A DNA stretch of 64,000 bases from an uncultured Gammaproteobacteria bacterium (GTDB taxonomy: Bacteria > Patescibacteriota > Microgenomatia > UBA8517), in NCBI GenBank assembly GCA_964435575.1, contig CAYSZS010000002.1, positions 762 through 64,761 of the forward strand, in the 5' to 3' direction. The notes under the pieces are model-generated. The model did not search any database. It was not told where the DNA came from and saw only the letters and a program-made list of their open reading frames with translations. The position numbers were made by a program, and so were the translations under genes. Shown here piece by piece: positions 1-8,180 of this stretch; positions within the stretch are counted from its first letter, which is position 1, and the number at the start of each line of letters is the position of its first letter.

Positions 1-956
1 ACAGATTCTACCTCGGCGTTTTGAAATACGCCGGAGAATATTATCAAGGTTCTCATAAAACCTTTATCAGCAAAAAGCTGTTTGGTGAAGTGCAAAAGCA
101 GGTTGAGAAAATTGAACGACCAAGACAAAAAGGCCACAATTTCGCCTTTGCAGGTCTTGCGACCTGCGGCGAATGCGGCGCCGCAATCACAGCAGAGCAA
201 CACATCAAAAAATACAAAAATTGTACTAGTCAAACTTTTATTTACTATCGCTGCACTAAAAAGCTCAAGCCTTGTACGCAAAAATATGTTTCAGAGTTGG
301 AACTTGAACCACAAATAAGGAAAATTGTTCGTGATTGCGGCTTGCACGAAAACTGGGAACCATATTTTGAAAAGTGGATTACAGCAACAGAGGTAAAAGA
401 CAGACTAGCCGTCGAAGTTGAAGAAAAGCAGATAGGCGAACAAATCCAAGAATCAGAAATAAAACTAAACAGACTTCTTGATGGTTATCTCGATCAGGTT
501 ATCGAACCTGAAATTTACAAACAAAAGAAGAATGAATTGTTTGATGAAAAACTTAAGTTAGAAGAGAAAAAATCGCAGGTTGAGAAAAACGGAAGTATTT
601 GGCTCGAACCTATGAGAGAATTCGTAAATTGTGCCTTGCAGGCGCAAAAAATCGCGCGCGCTGAAAATAATTGCCATGATTTGAGAGTCATGGCAAAAAA
701 AGTCGGCTCGAACTTCTTTTTAATGAATCGGCGGCTCTCGGCGAATTTGAATTTCCCCTTTGCAGCGCTGTCTGCGGAGGCGGGCGCAGCCAGCGCTATT
801 CCTACTTCCGACTCGATTTCCTTTTTGGTGAGCCTGGAAGGACTCGAACCTTCAACCATCACCTTAAGAGGGTGTTGCTCTACCGTTGAGCTACAGGCCC
901 TAATATTTCAAAATTGTAAGCAAAGCTTGGCACTGCTGTCGCATTGTAAGAGTTAA
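1..956 (+). CDS. Large serine recombinase, C-terminal portion (5' end outside window). The 3' end reads through the opposite-strand tRNA-Lys, so the last ~40 codons are probably not native
   Basis: Frame is open to position 1. Recombinase zinc-ribbon motif CGECGA...YYRC with a coiled-coil-like E/K-rich region. Stop at 954-956 lies beyond the tRNA at 826-900. Confidence 0.6.
   Translation, partial: RFYLGVLKYAGEYYQGSHKTFISKKLFGEVQKQVEKIERPRQKGHNFAFAGLATCGECGAAITAEQHIKKYKNCTSQTFIYYRCTKKLKPCTQKYVSELELEPQIRKIVRDCGLHENWEPYFEKWITATEVKDRLAVEVEEKQIGEQIQESEIKLNRLLDGYLDQVIEPEIYKQKKNELFDEKLKLEEKKSQVEKNGSIWLEPMREFVNCALQAQKIARAENNCHDLRVMAKKVGSNFFLMNRRLSANLNFPFAALSAEAGAASAIPTSDSISFLVSLEGLEPSTITLRGCCSTVELQALIFQNCKQSLALLSHCKS
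826..900 (-). tRNA. tRNA-Lys(CTT), CCA encoded
   Basis: Cloverleaf read by eye on the reverse complement: acceptor GGGCCTG/CAGGCTC, D-arm GCTCAACGGTAGAGC, anticodon loop CTCTTAA, T-arm GAAGGTTCGAGTCCTTC, then ACCA. Confidence 0.85.
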
Positions 957-994
957 TTGCTCTGTTTACAGATTCAATTTTAGCAAATTTAAGG

Positions 995-2254
995 TTAATT
1001 TGCTAATACTGTAGAAAAAACTGCGATTGAAGTCTCTCCTGGTTCAATATCTGAAAATATTACTTTTGGTTCAAGTTCGATGTCCAGATTAAATTTTCTT
1101 GATCTTATTTTTTCGTTCCCGGTCCAAATGGTTTGACCTTTGTTTTTTATTAGCGCTATTCCCCCGACCATTTTTCCGTTGTTTGGAAAAATGGGAGGAA
1201 AAATGATTGACAGGACGTCAACCGAAACAATTTGTACTGGTTTTCCTTGCTTTTTGGGCAATTTTTGCATTTCATAGTAAAATTCATAAAAGCCTCCGTC
1301 CTTATTCTTCCAGGAAAATATGTCAAAAGGCGGTGTTTGATAGTTTAGGATGAAGGGCGTAACCGCAACAATCCTTTCGTCATTCCAGGCAAGTTCTAAC
1401 GCGCCCTTAAGGTTATTCGTGATCGTTTCTGTATCTTTATAACCATTTGCTTTTGCATCCATGTCGTGTGCCCAGCCGGTTTCAGTGATAAAAACAGGCA
1501 AAGTTTTGGTCAAGCCGATACTTTTAAGAAATTTTAATTCCCACTCAAATGTGAGAACTGTTCCGCGGCCTACGTCGTCTTGAGATCCTGAAAAGTTAGG
1601 GTTTGGGTATGAATGTGAGGTCCAGCCGTCAAGATTTTCAAATATTTGTGATTTATGTTCTACCATTTTTTTAAGAAATTCAGCCTCGTTCATCGTTTCT
1701 TTACTTTTTGGTGCCGAGGCGTCGAAACCGGCGGGGAGAATAAAAAAGTCCTGGTTTCGGGATTTTAATTTTTTGGATAAAGTTTCCAAATAATCGGCAT
1801 ATTCTTCAGGACTAATTTGGTTACCCCACTCTTTACTGTGATTGGGTTCGTTTCCGACAACAAGATATCTATTTTTTATGACCCAATTTAAGGAATTTAA
1901 AAAAGAAACCCAGCCGTCTATTTCGTCAAAATTGGGTTTTTCCCATCCCCCGTCAAGTTGTTTTGTTGCAATTCTGACAATTGGGATGAGGTGAAGTCTA
2001 CGCATCTTGTCAAATACTTTTTGCCATCTTTCTGTATCTCTTTCGTCGGCTCTTATGACCAAGGTTACGTATCCCCAATCTCCTTGCGAGTTAACTAAGT
2101 TAGCGGCATCCTCAAGGTCATTTTCGTCCAAAATATGAATTCCAAAGAGATTGTTAGGAGCGGCTAGGGGGTTTTCGATAGCTTTTGTTTGTTTAGGGAA
2201 AAATAGAATACTAAATATGAATGTAAGTAAAATGATTAAACTTTTTCTTAGCAT
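995..2254 (-). CDS. Secreted glycoside hydrolase, clan GH-A (GH5-like). Start set at MLRKSLIILL; the longer ORF start would overlap the tRNA-Leu genes
   Basis: N-terminal hydrophobic signal/anchor. VVGNEPN (acid/base Glu) and FITETGW (nucleophile Glu) motifs. Confidence 0.7.
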   Translation of the reverse strand: MLRKSLIILLTFIFSILFFPKQTKAIENPLAAPNNLFGIHILDENDLEDAANLVNSQGDWGYVTLVIRADERDTERWQKVFDKMRRLHLIPIVRIATKQLDGGWEKPNFDEIDGWVSFLNSLNWVIKNRYLVVGNEPNHSKEWGNQISPEEYADYLETLSKKLKSRNQDFFILPAGFDASAPKSKETMNEAEFLKKMVEHKSQIFENLDGWTSHSYPNPNFSGSQDDVGRGTVLTFEWELKFLKSIGLTKTLPVFITETGWAHDMDAKANGYKDTETITNNLKGALELAWNDERIVAVTPFILNYQTPPFDIFSWKNKDGGFYEFYYEMQKLPKKQGKPVQIVSVDVLSIIFPPIFPNNGKMVGGIALIKNKGQTIWTGNEKIRSRKFNLDIELEPKVIFSDIEPGETSIAVFSTVLAN

Positions 2255-2322
2255 ATTTAAATATTCTACATGTATTGTTCCAGCTACTAAAGATAGCTTT
2301 ATTTTGATATAATGAGCGACGC

Positions 2323-2407
2323 GCTGAGATGCTGGAATTGGCAGACAGGCACGCTTCAGAAGCGTGTGCTCATTACGAGCGTGAGGGTTCAAATCCCTCT
2401 CTCAGCA
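2323..2407 (+). tRNA. tRNA-Leu(CAG), type II with long variable arm
   Basis: Acceptor GCTGAGA/TCTCAGC, anticodon stem CACGC/GCGTG with loop TTCAGAA, T-arm GAGGGTTCAAATCCCTC. Confidence 0.85.
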
Positions 2408-2411
2408 CAAT

Positions 2412-2493
2412 GCGGGAGTGCTGAAATTGGTATACAGGCATGCTTGAGGTGCATGTGTCGCAAGACGTGGAGGTTCAAGTCCTCTCTCCCGCA
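2412..2493 (+). tRNA. tRNA-Leu(GAG), type II; 4 nt after the previous tRNA
   Basis: Acceptor GCGGGAG/CTCCCGC, anticodon stem CATGC/GCATG with loop TTGAGGT, T-arm GGAGGTTCAAGTCCTCT. Confidence 0.85.
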
Positions 2494-2532
2494 CACATGA
2501 CAAAGATGATATAAGTTGATACAGTATAGATT

Positions 2533-2877
2533 ATGAAGAAGATAAAAGTATCAACAATCAAAGAAGCGCAGAAGTTAGTTAAAAAGTTTACAAAAGATAA
2601 TGGGTGGGAAGATTTTCCAAACATTGACAAGTTTGACCACTTACACGAAGAACTTATAGAAATGTCGCAACATCTTAGGTACAAATCTCAAGATGATAGA
2701 ATTAAGTGTATTCGAGATAAAAGAGTGATATTTAAAGACGGAATTGGTGATTTGTTTTTCGGCTTATGTAGGTTGGCAAACCAGTTAGAAGTGGATATTG
2801 AAGAAGCGTTTAACTTCGTCAAAGACCCAATTCTGACAAAATATAAACAGAAAAAATCAGAAAACAATAGGCTCTAA
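2533..2877 (+). CDS. MazG-like nucleotide pyrophosphohydrolase (small all-alpha NTP-PPase)
   Basis: EELIEM and DIEEAF acidic motifs typical of the MazG/HisE fold; 114 aa. Confidence 0.5.
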   Translation: MKKIKVSTIKEAQKLVKKFTKDNGWEDFPNIDKFDHLHEELIEMSQHLRYKSQDDRIKCIRDKRVIFKDGIGDLFFGLCRLANQLEVDIEEAFNFVKDPILTKYKQKKSENNRL

Positions 2878-3063
2878 GTCGTAAAAACGGGATATTAGAA
2901 TCAACACTTGTTCAGCTAGAAGTCTAACCACTACGGTTGGTTTCAGAAAAAGGATATAGAAATTAATAATCAAACTGATTATTAAAATTAGGATAAGCAA
3001 AGATAAGAGCCTGGAAATTCCTGAGGATTGGTTCAATCTTAGGAAACTTCCTCGCACAGGAAA

Positions 3064-3137
3064 GGTCGCTTGGCTCAGTTGGTTAGAGCGTCTCGTTTAC
3101 ATCGAGAAGGTCGGGGGTTCGAATCCCTCAGCGACCA
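3064..3137 (+). tRNA. tRNA-Val(TAC)
   Basis: GGTCGCT..GCTCAGTTGGTTAGAGC..TCTCG-TTTACAT-CGAGA..GGGGGTTCGAATCCCTC-AGCGACC-A. Confidence 0.9.
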
Positions 3138-3254
3138 CTCGTCGAAGCTCATCTTAAGCGCTACGTTTTCAATTAAATGAAAACTACGCTTTTTTCAGAT
3201 GGCTTCTCCTCTCAAAATCTCTTTGAGATTTTGTATAATACAACAACAATATTA

Positions 3255-3360
3255 CGAAGTAATTTTGAAAGGAGAAATGGCGGAGTGTTAAGGGGTAAGC
3301 GAAAACGGATTACTATAAACGAAGTCCATTTCGACGGACCGAGGTAGCCAGGATGGTTGG
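3255..3360 (+). repeat. Degenerate copy (~65-70% identity) of the ~85-nt upstream leader plus the first ~12-20 nt of tRNA-Leu(TAA); the intact copy is at 9941-10045
   Basis: Shared strings AATTTTGA(A/G)AGGAGAAAT, GTAAGCG, ATTTCGACG(G/A)(A/G)CCGAGGT(A/G)GC. Copy 1 lacks a T-arm, so it is not a tRNA. Confidence 0.5.
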
Positions 3361-3409
3361 TCCAAAGCTTATATTAAGTTAAGATAGAATTTAATTACCC
3401 CCTACAAGA

Positions 3410-3919
3410 TTACTTAGCTTTAAATCTAGCAGAAGCCCATAAAAATGGAATAGTATGAGCTAAGTTAAAAAAAAGATTTTCTTGTTTCATCTGAAAGGTC
3501 AAAACTCCCAAGCCGATCGTGGTCAAGGCAAACACATGTAGCTCTGATATTTTCTTACCACTTATTGGGAAATCTATTGCTATAGTGAAAGAAAAAATTA
3601 CAGTATAAAGTAGAAATATTACCTCAAAGATAAGTATTATTAAATCAAAAATTTCAGTCGGTGAAGAATAAATACCCGATATGAGCAAAACAAATAAAGG
3701 GATTAAAAAATATAATGGTGGCAATAGGAACAGCTTTTTAATTCTTTCCAGTTTTGTTCCTTCTTTTAGCAAGTTTGCCGCTATTTCAAGTCCGATTACT
3801 GGGAAAAAGATATCTAACGGTCTCAATATGTTTTGTGCATCGGTAAAATTGAGTTTTTCGACAGGAATTAAGCTATAGAAGAGAAATCTTCCTATGAAGA
3901 ATAAACCTACATAATTCAT
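3410..3919 (-). CDS. Hypothetical polytopic membrane protein
   Basis: 169 aa with several hydrophobic segments; no recognisable motif. Confidence 0.45.
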   Translation of the reverse strand: MNYVGLFFIGRFLFYSLIPVEKLNFTDAQNILRPLDIFFPVIGLEIAANLLKEGTKLERIKKLFLLPPLYFLIPLFVLLISGIYSSPTEIFDLIILIFEVIFLLYTVIFSFTIAIDFPISGKKISELHVFALTTIGLGVLTFQMKQENLFFNLAHTIPFLWASARFKAK

Positions 3920-4000
3920 TTCTTAACATTACCACTACTCTGGTAAGTTTGCTATAATATGCCCTAAGATAAGATTTCCTTTTTGGGGATTAATTTCCTT

Positions 4001-4022
4001 GCCGAGATAGCCAAGGTGGTTG
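4001..4022 (+). repeat. tRNA-Phe 5' fragment, copy 1 (acceptor plus D-arm only)
   Basis: GCCGAGATAGCCAAGGTGGT matches the first ~20 nt of tRNA-Phe at 4767. Confidence 0.6.
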
Positions 4023-4062
4023 TCTCACAAATATTGTTGAGGTTGAACGGAGGTGATAATTA

Positions 4063-4260
4063 ATGGAAAGAGTACCAGGTGATAAAGGTCATAGAACAAC
4101 AGAGGGTTCTCGAGACGATATTGTGCAAAAAGTTTTAGATATTGCACGAGGTATGCCAGGAGACCCATTAGTGAGTAGTGAATTTGATGAAAACGATAAG
4201 CCTTTAGCTGTAATAGAATTTGAACAACAATCTGAAAAAGAAGCAACTACTAGTGAATAA
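4063..4260 (+). CDS. Hypothetical small acidic protein
   Basis: 65 aa. Strong SD (GGAGGTG) 8 nt upstream of ATG. Bracketed by the tRNA-Phe fragments. Confidence 0.4.
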   Translation: MERVPGDKGHRTTEGSRDDIVQKVLDIARGMPGDPLVSSEFDENDKPLAVIEFEQQSEKEATTSE

Positions 4261-4270
4261 GTATTTTTAA

Positions 4271-4310
4271 GCTGAGATAGCCAAGGTGGTCACGGCGGGC
4301 GCCTGAAGAA
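4271..4310 (+). repeat. tRNA-Phe 5' half fragment, copy 2 (through the anticodon loop)
   Basis: GCTGAGATAGCCAAGGTGGTCACGGCGGGCGCCTGAAGAA versus intact GCTGCGGTAGCCAAGGTGGTCACGGCGGGTCTCTGAAGAA. Confidence 0.65.
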
Positions 4311-4347
4311 CAATTACAATTTATCAGGCAACATGTAAACTTAACGT

Positions 4348-4776
4348 GTGAAGATATGCTCTAAATGTAAAAAGAAAAAAGTTTTATTTCAGTTTTACAA
4401 GAGAAAAACAGGTCTGAGAGCTGGAAAGTATTATGAGAAGTGTAAATCCTGCATGAAAGTCAGGGGTAGAAAGTATTATACAGAGAATAGAGATAGGCAG
4501 TTGCCTTTAGCAAATATTAGACGACGGAGGTACTATAGAGAGAAACGCGATTTCATAATAAATGCCAAGAACAGGCCATGCGCAGACTGCGGAAATAAAC
4601 TTCCAAGTTATGTGATGGATTTTGATCATCGTGATGGGGGTGATAAGATCGTTGATATAGCTCGTGCTGTTACGGCGAATTGGTCTCTAAATAAAATTAA
4701 AGCAGAAATTGAAAAATGTGATATTGTTTGTGCTAATTGTCATAGAATGAGAACTTACGAGTATATGCTGCGGTAG
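4348..4776 (+). CDS. HNH endonuclease with N-terminal Cys-rich zinc finger; homing-endonuclease-like
   Basis: CSKCKKKK...CKSC zinc finger. HNH motif DFDHRDGGDK...N...CANCHRMRT. GTG start; the 3' end overlaps the tRNA-Phe 5' end by 10 nt. Confidence 0.7.
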   Translation: MKICSKCKKKKVLFQFYKRKTGLRAGKYYEKCKSCMKVRGRKYYTENRDRQLPLANIRRRRYYREKRDFIINAKNRPCADCGNKLPSYVMDFDHRDGGDKIVDIARAVTANWSLNKIKAEIEKCDIVCANCHRMRTYEYMLR

Positions 4777-4839
4777 CCAAGGTGGTCACGGCGGGTCTCT
4801 GAAGAAGATCAGATTCTGGTTCGATTCCAGACCGCAGCA
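4767..4839 (+). tRNA. tRNA-Phe(GAA) with an unusual 11-nt D-loop
   Basis: Acceptor GCTGCGG/CCGCAGC, anticodon stem GGTCT/AGATC with loop CTGAAGA, T-arm TCTGGTTCGATTCCAGA. Confidence 0.8.
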
Positions 4840-4859
4840 CACTTGAAAGGCAGGTTTCT

Positions 4860-4931
4860 GCGGGAGTAGTACAGTGGTAGTACGCTTCCTTGCCAAGGAA
4901 GAGGTCGCGGGTTCAAATCCCGTCTCCCGCT
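4860..4931 (+). tRNA. tRNA-Gly(GCC)
   Basis: GCGGGAG..GTACAGTGGTAGTAC..CTTCC-TTGCCAA-GGAAG..GCGGGTTCAAATCCCGT-CTCCCGC-T. Confidence 0.85.
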
Positions 4932-4936
4932 CAGAA

Positions 4937-5974
4937 TTAAGAAGGAATCGGAAGCCTTTCTTTGCCCTTTGCATCACGAACGGTATTGATAAGAAGCCTT
5001 CGGAGAATTTCCTGAAAAGAAATGCCGTATAAATCCAGAATATAAGCCAAGGCGCAATCCGTTTCCTTCGGACCGAATGCGGGGTTGGTGTTGGAATCGA
5101 TAAAAAAATATCTGCCCGACGAGTCCATCCTGATGTCAAACTTCCCGTAGTCCATCATTTTGGTTATATCGAATGCCTTTCTGACATAAGCCCTTAAAAG
5201 AGGTTCGTCGTATTTTTGATAATGTATGTTTGTCAGTTTTTTACTTAACCACTGATCCTCAAATGTCATAAATATATATTTTCTGTCCGCTCCCTCAAAC
5301 ACTTTCTCGGCCAAATAAACTTTTTTATTTAATCCCTCCAAAAGTATAGCCGTAAACTCTCTGCCAACTATAAATTCTTCAACCAAAACGGGTTGTTTAT
5401 AAGTTTGAATCAAAAACTTTATTCTTTCTCTCAGATGTCTTTCGTTTTCGGATATAGCGTCTTGAGTTATTTCCACCGCGCCGTGAATTTCATTCAGCTT
5501 TGAAATTAAAGGATAACGAAGCGTAGGGTCAAGAAAATCGGACGAAGAATTAAAAAGCTGATAATTAGGCACGGGAACTCCATTTTGTTGAAGCAGTTTT
5601 TTTATGACAAATTTATTGGTGTCCAGGGACATTCCCAAAATATCCGCACCAGTGTAAGGAATTTCGAGAAGTTCCAAAACTCCCGGGATGGATGAGGACA
5701 AATATTCATAGCCCTTGACGGAATCGACAAGATTTATTACCGCGTTAGGCTTATCTTTTTTTAGTTTTTGGGGAAGACCGGAATTTCCGGGATATAAAAT
5801 TGGTTTAATCTTCAGTTTTTCTAAATATTTAGATATAACTCTCGCGTCTTTATCGGCGCCTTTTTCGGTAATGAACTGCATCTCTGTCGGGAAATACTCC
5901 CTTTTGACGTCACTATAGATAATGCCTACTTTTTCGGGTATTTCGTAGCCATTTTTTCCATTCGCTATTTGCAT
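4937..5974 (-). CDS. ATP-grasp enzyme of the D-alanine--D-alanine ligase family
   Basis: C-terminal GKFDIRMDSSGRYFFIDSNTNPAFGP and EEFIVGREFTAILLEG resemble Ddl ATP-grasp motifs. Confidence 0.6.
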   Translation of the reverse strand: MQIANGKNGYEIPEKVGIIYSDVKREYFPTEMQFITEKGADKDARVISKYLEKLKIKPILYPGNSGLPQKLKKDKPNAVINLVDSVKGYEYLSSSIPGVLELLEIPYTGADILGMSLDTNKFVIKKLLQQNGVPVPNYQLFNSSSDFLDPTLRYPLISKLNEIHGAVEITQDAISENERHLRERIKFLIQTYKQPVLVEEFIVGREFTAILLEGLNKKVYLAEKVFEGADRKYIFMTFEDQWLSKKLTNIHYQKYDEPLLRAYVRKAFDITKMMDYGKFDIRMDSSGRYFFIDSNTNPAFGPKETDCALAYILDLYGISFQEILRRLLINTVRDAKGKERLPIPS

Positions 5975-6068
5975 ATTAATACGCTTAAAAATATCGATTA
6001 TTTAGATGTACTTGTCAACTACGAAATGAAAAGTTAATAAATTTTTGATAAAATACAGAGATATTATT

Positions 6069-6143
6069 GCCCCTGTAGCTCAATGGATAGAGCGGCTCCC
6101 TTCTAAGGAGTAGATGAGAGTTCGATTCCCTCCAGGGGCACCA
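6069..6143 (+). tRNA. tRNA-Arg(TCT), CCA encoded
   Basis: GCCCCTG..GCTCAATGGATAGAGC..GCTCC-CTTCTAA-GGAGT..TTCGATTCC..CAGGGGC-A-CCA. Confidence 0.85.
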
Positions 6144-6153
6144 TTTGTGCAAG

Positions 6154-7299
6154 CTAAATAAACCTAACTTGCATGCCTTCGGCTAGCTTAGTCGAAAGTG
6201 AAACCTCTTGACCTGGAAATTTTGAACCCGCCCCCCAAATTTTTGCCTTTATTTTTTCTTTAACAAAATCTTCCCCTAATTTCTCCCCAACGTCGTACAA
6301 TGTAGAACCCACTTTCATTATAATCGGGTTATCAAAATCAGGGTCTTCGTCCGGTCGTACCAGATAGCCCCTCAAGAAATTAAGTGATAGCCACATTTTT
6401 TCTTTCAACTCGGTAAGACCGGTTCCTTTTTCAGCGCTGATAAATAGTGGAGTAACGGTTGCAGCCTCAAATACACCCGGCGGCCTGCCTGTCGGAAAGG
6501 CAGGGTGGATTAGCTTGGCACCCGTTACTTTGTTGTTTAAGTCAGCTTTATTAATAATAGAAATTGAGGGTACGTATACGCGGTTTAGAGAAAAAGCGTC
6601 AATTAGCCTTTCTATTGTCAGCTTTTCATTGATGGTTATTTCGGCGTTTTTAATTCCCAACTCTTGTGCAATAGATTTAATAGTTTCTTTAGTAAGGTCT
6701 TGCTTGATGTTTGAATGGAGAGTTAATCCTCCTGAAACTTTCTTGTCTATAATTACATTTGGTCGCACAATGTTGAGGCGTATGCCGTTTTCCTCCAAAG
6801 TTTTTTTAATTCTTTCAGTTGCTTCAGGGCGGTCAACATCGGTCATAAGTATTATTAAGTCTGCCCCCCGAGCTACCGATAAAACTTCCCTACCTCTCCC
6901 CCTCCCTTCTTCAGCCCCCTCGATAAGCCCAGGAACATCAAGTATCTGAATTCGAGCGTTTTTGTAAATCATCATTCCGGGAATAACGTTTACCGTCGTA
7001 AAAGCGTAGGGAGCAACCTTGCTTTGGGCGTTTGTCAATTTGTTAATAAGAGTTGATTTTCCCGCTGAGGGGGGGCCGATTAAGATTACGGCTGCATCAC
7101 CTTGTTTTTTAACGGCGTATCCGCCTCCGCCACCCTTTTTTACAGACTCAACCCGAAGACCGTCTTTTAGCTTTGCAAGCTTTGCGCGAAGCCTGCCAAT
7201 ATGGTGCTCTGTGCCTTTGTGATAGGGAGTATCACGAATCTCTTTCTCGATCCGCTTGATATTCATATGAGTATTTTCGGAATTGGTTAAGTGCACCAT
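6154..7299 (-). CDS. DRG/Rbg-family GTPase (Obg superfamily) with C-terminal TGS domain; start may instead be the internal Met at 7266
   Basis: G1 GPPSAGKST, FTT, DVPGLIEGAEEGRGRGR (classic DRG), NKAD. C-terminal TGS-like tail. Confidence 0.75.
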   Translation of the reverse strand: MVHLTNSENTHMNIKRIEKEIRDTPYHKGTEHHIGRLRAKLAKLKDGLRVESVKKGGGGGYAVKKQGDAAVILIGPPSAGKSTLINKLTNAQSKVAPYAFTTVNVIPGMMIYKNARIQILDVPGLIEGAEEGRGRGREVLSVARGADLIILMTDVDRPEATERIKKTLEENGIRLNIVRPNVIIDKKVSGGLTLHSNIKQDLTKETIKSIAQELGIKNAEITINEKLTIERLIDAFSLNRVYVPSISIINKADLNNKVTGAKLIHPAFPTGRPPGVFEAATVTPLFISAEKGTGLTELKEKMWLSLNFLRGYLVRPDEDPDFDNPIIMKVGSTLYDVGEKLGEDFVKEKIKAKIWGAGSKFPGQEVSLSTKLAEGMQVRFI

Positions 7300-7362
7300 G
7301 TTTGGAATTATATCAAAGAAGACTTCCTCCCACTCAAAGTTAGAAGCTAAATAAGCTTTTGG

Positions 7363-7746
7363 TTATTTTCTCTTATCCATGTACTGCCAAGCTTTGTATT
7401 GGACAAAATTAGCAATAACTGCAATTCCGGCAACGTACAGATAGCTTGCAATGCCGACACCGGTTATAAAGGCAAATCTGGCAATTAACCAAACAGTTGC
7501 AAAATTCATGACCAAATATGCCAGCATCATTGGCACGTTTTCTTTATACGGATACTCCAAGTCTTTTAAGAAAGCTTCGGTATGCCATAGCACTAAGTTC
7601 CAGATAAACCCGCTAAAGACGATTGCCTGATATGGCGCAAAGATGCTATTTCCGATGCTAACTGCGTTGGGTAAAAAAAGATTTGCCAAGTACAAAATTG
7701 CCGAGTTAATTAGCCAGAAACCTAAAAATTTCTGATAGCGTTTCAT
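7363..7746 (-). CDS. Hypothetical membrane protein
   Basis: Start at MKRYQKF, preceded by an AGGAGGGGGTGAG Shine-Dalgarno. 4 hydrophobic helices. Confidence 0.5.
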   Translation of the reverse strand: MKRYQKFLGFWLINSAILYLANLFLPNAVSIGNSIFAPYQAIVFSGFIWNLVLWHTEAFLKDLEYPYKENVPMMLAYLVMNFATVWLIARFAFITGVGIASYLYVAGIAVIANFVQYKAWQYMDKRK

Positions 7747-7942
7747 ATTCTCACCCCCTCCTATGGGATAGCTCACTTAGGAGTATCTAATGGGACCATG
7801 TTGGATAGCTTCGCCTACAACGCAAAGCGGTGCCAAGCTATGCTTATCCAACTGTGACCCTTACTTCTTTGCCAAAACTTATCTAAATTCAGTATAATAT
7901 AATTCAAGAGTTGAAAAAATAAGCAATACTGATGAGAAAATT

Positions 7943-8015
7943 GCCTCTGTAGCTCAACGGATAGAGCACCTGTCTTCGGAACAGGGAATGAGGGTTCGAT
8001 TCCCCCCAGAGGCAC
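7943..8015 (+). tRNA. tRNA-Arg(TCG)
   Basis: GCCTCTG..GCTCAACGGATAGAGC..CCTGT-CTTCGGA-ACAGG..GGGTTCGATTCCCC..CAGAGGC-A. Confidence 0.85.
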
Positions 8016-8180
8016 TGAAGGCAATTTTCGAATTTACTTAGATCCAGACAATAATACTGCAGAGGAAGGTAAGCCGGCACCCAAACATACTCCTAGTCCC
8101 GATTTTTTATATAATTCAAGAAATTAATCTCTCTTTTAGTTATTGACATAAGTTACCTGTAATGTGTTATATAACATAAA

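Noticed and set aside
515-862. Antisense 115-aa ORF inside the recombinase gene, and ORF 82-318 in an alternative frame
   Set aside because: Nested in a gene with a clear domain signature; no independent support.
2255-2500. Long N-terminal extension of the GH5-like ORF (to 2392), and ORF 2312-2500
   Set aside because: Both overlap the two tRNA-Leu genes. The start MLRKSLIILL at 2254 gives a normal signal peptide.
3200-3240. Perfect hairpin CAAAATCTC-TTT-GAGATTTTG after tRNA-Val as a terminator
   Set aside because: No downstream T-run, and it lies 60 nt from the tRNA end. Noted only.
4786-5139. 117-aa minus-strand ORF
   Set aside because: Spans tRNA-Phe and tRNA-Gly on the opposite strand.
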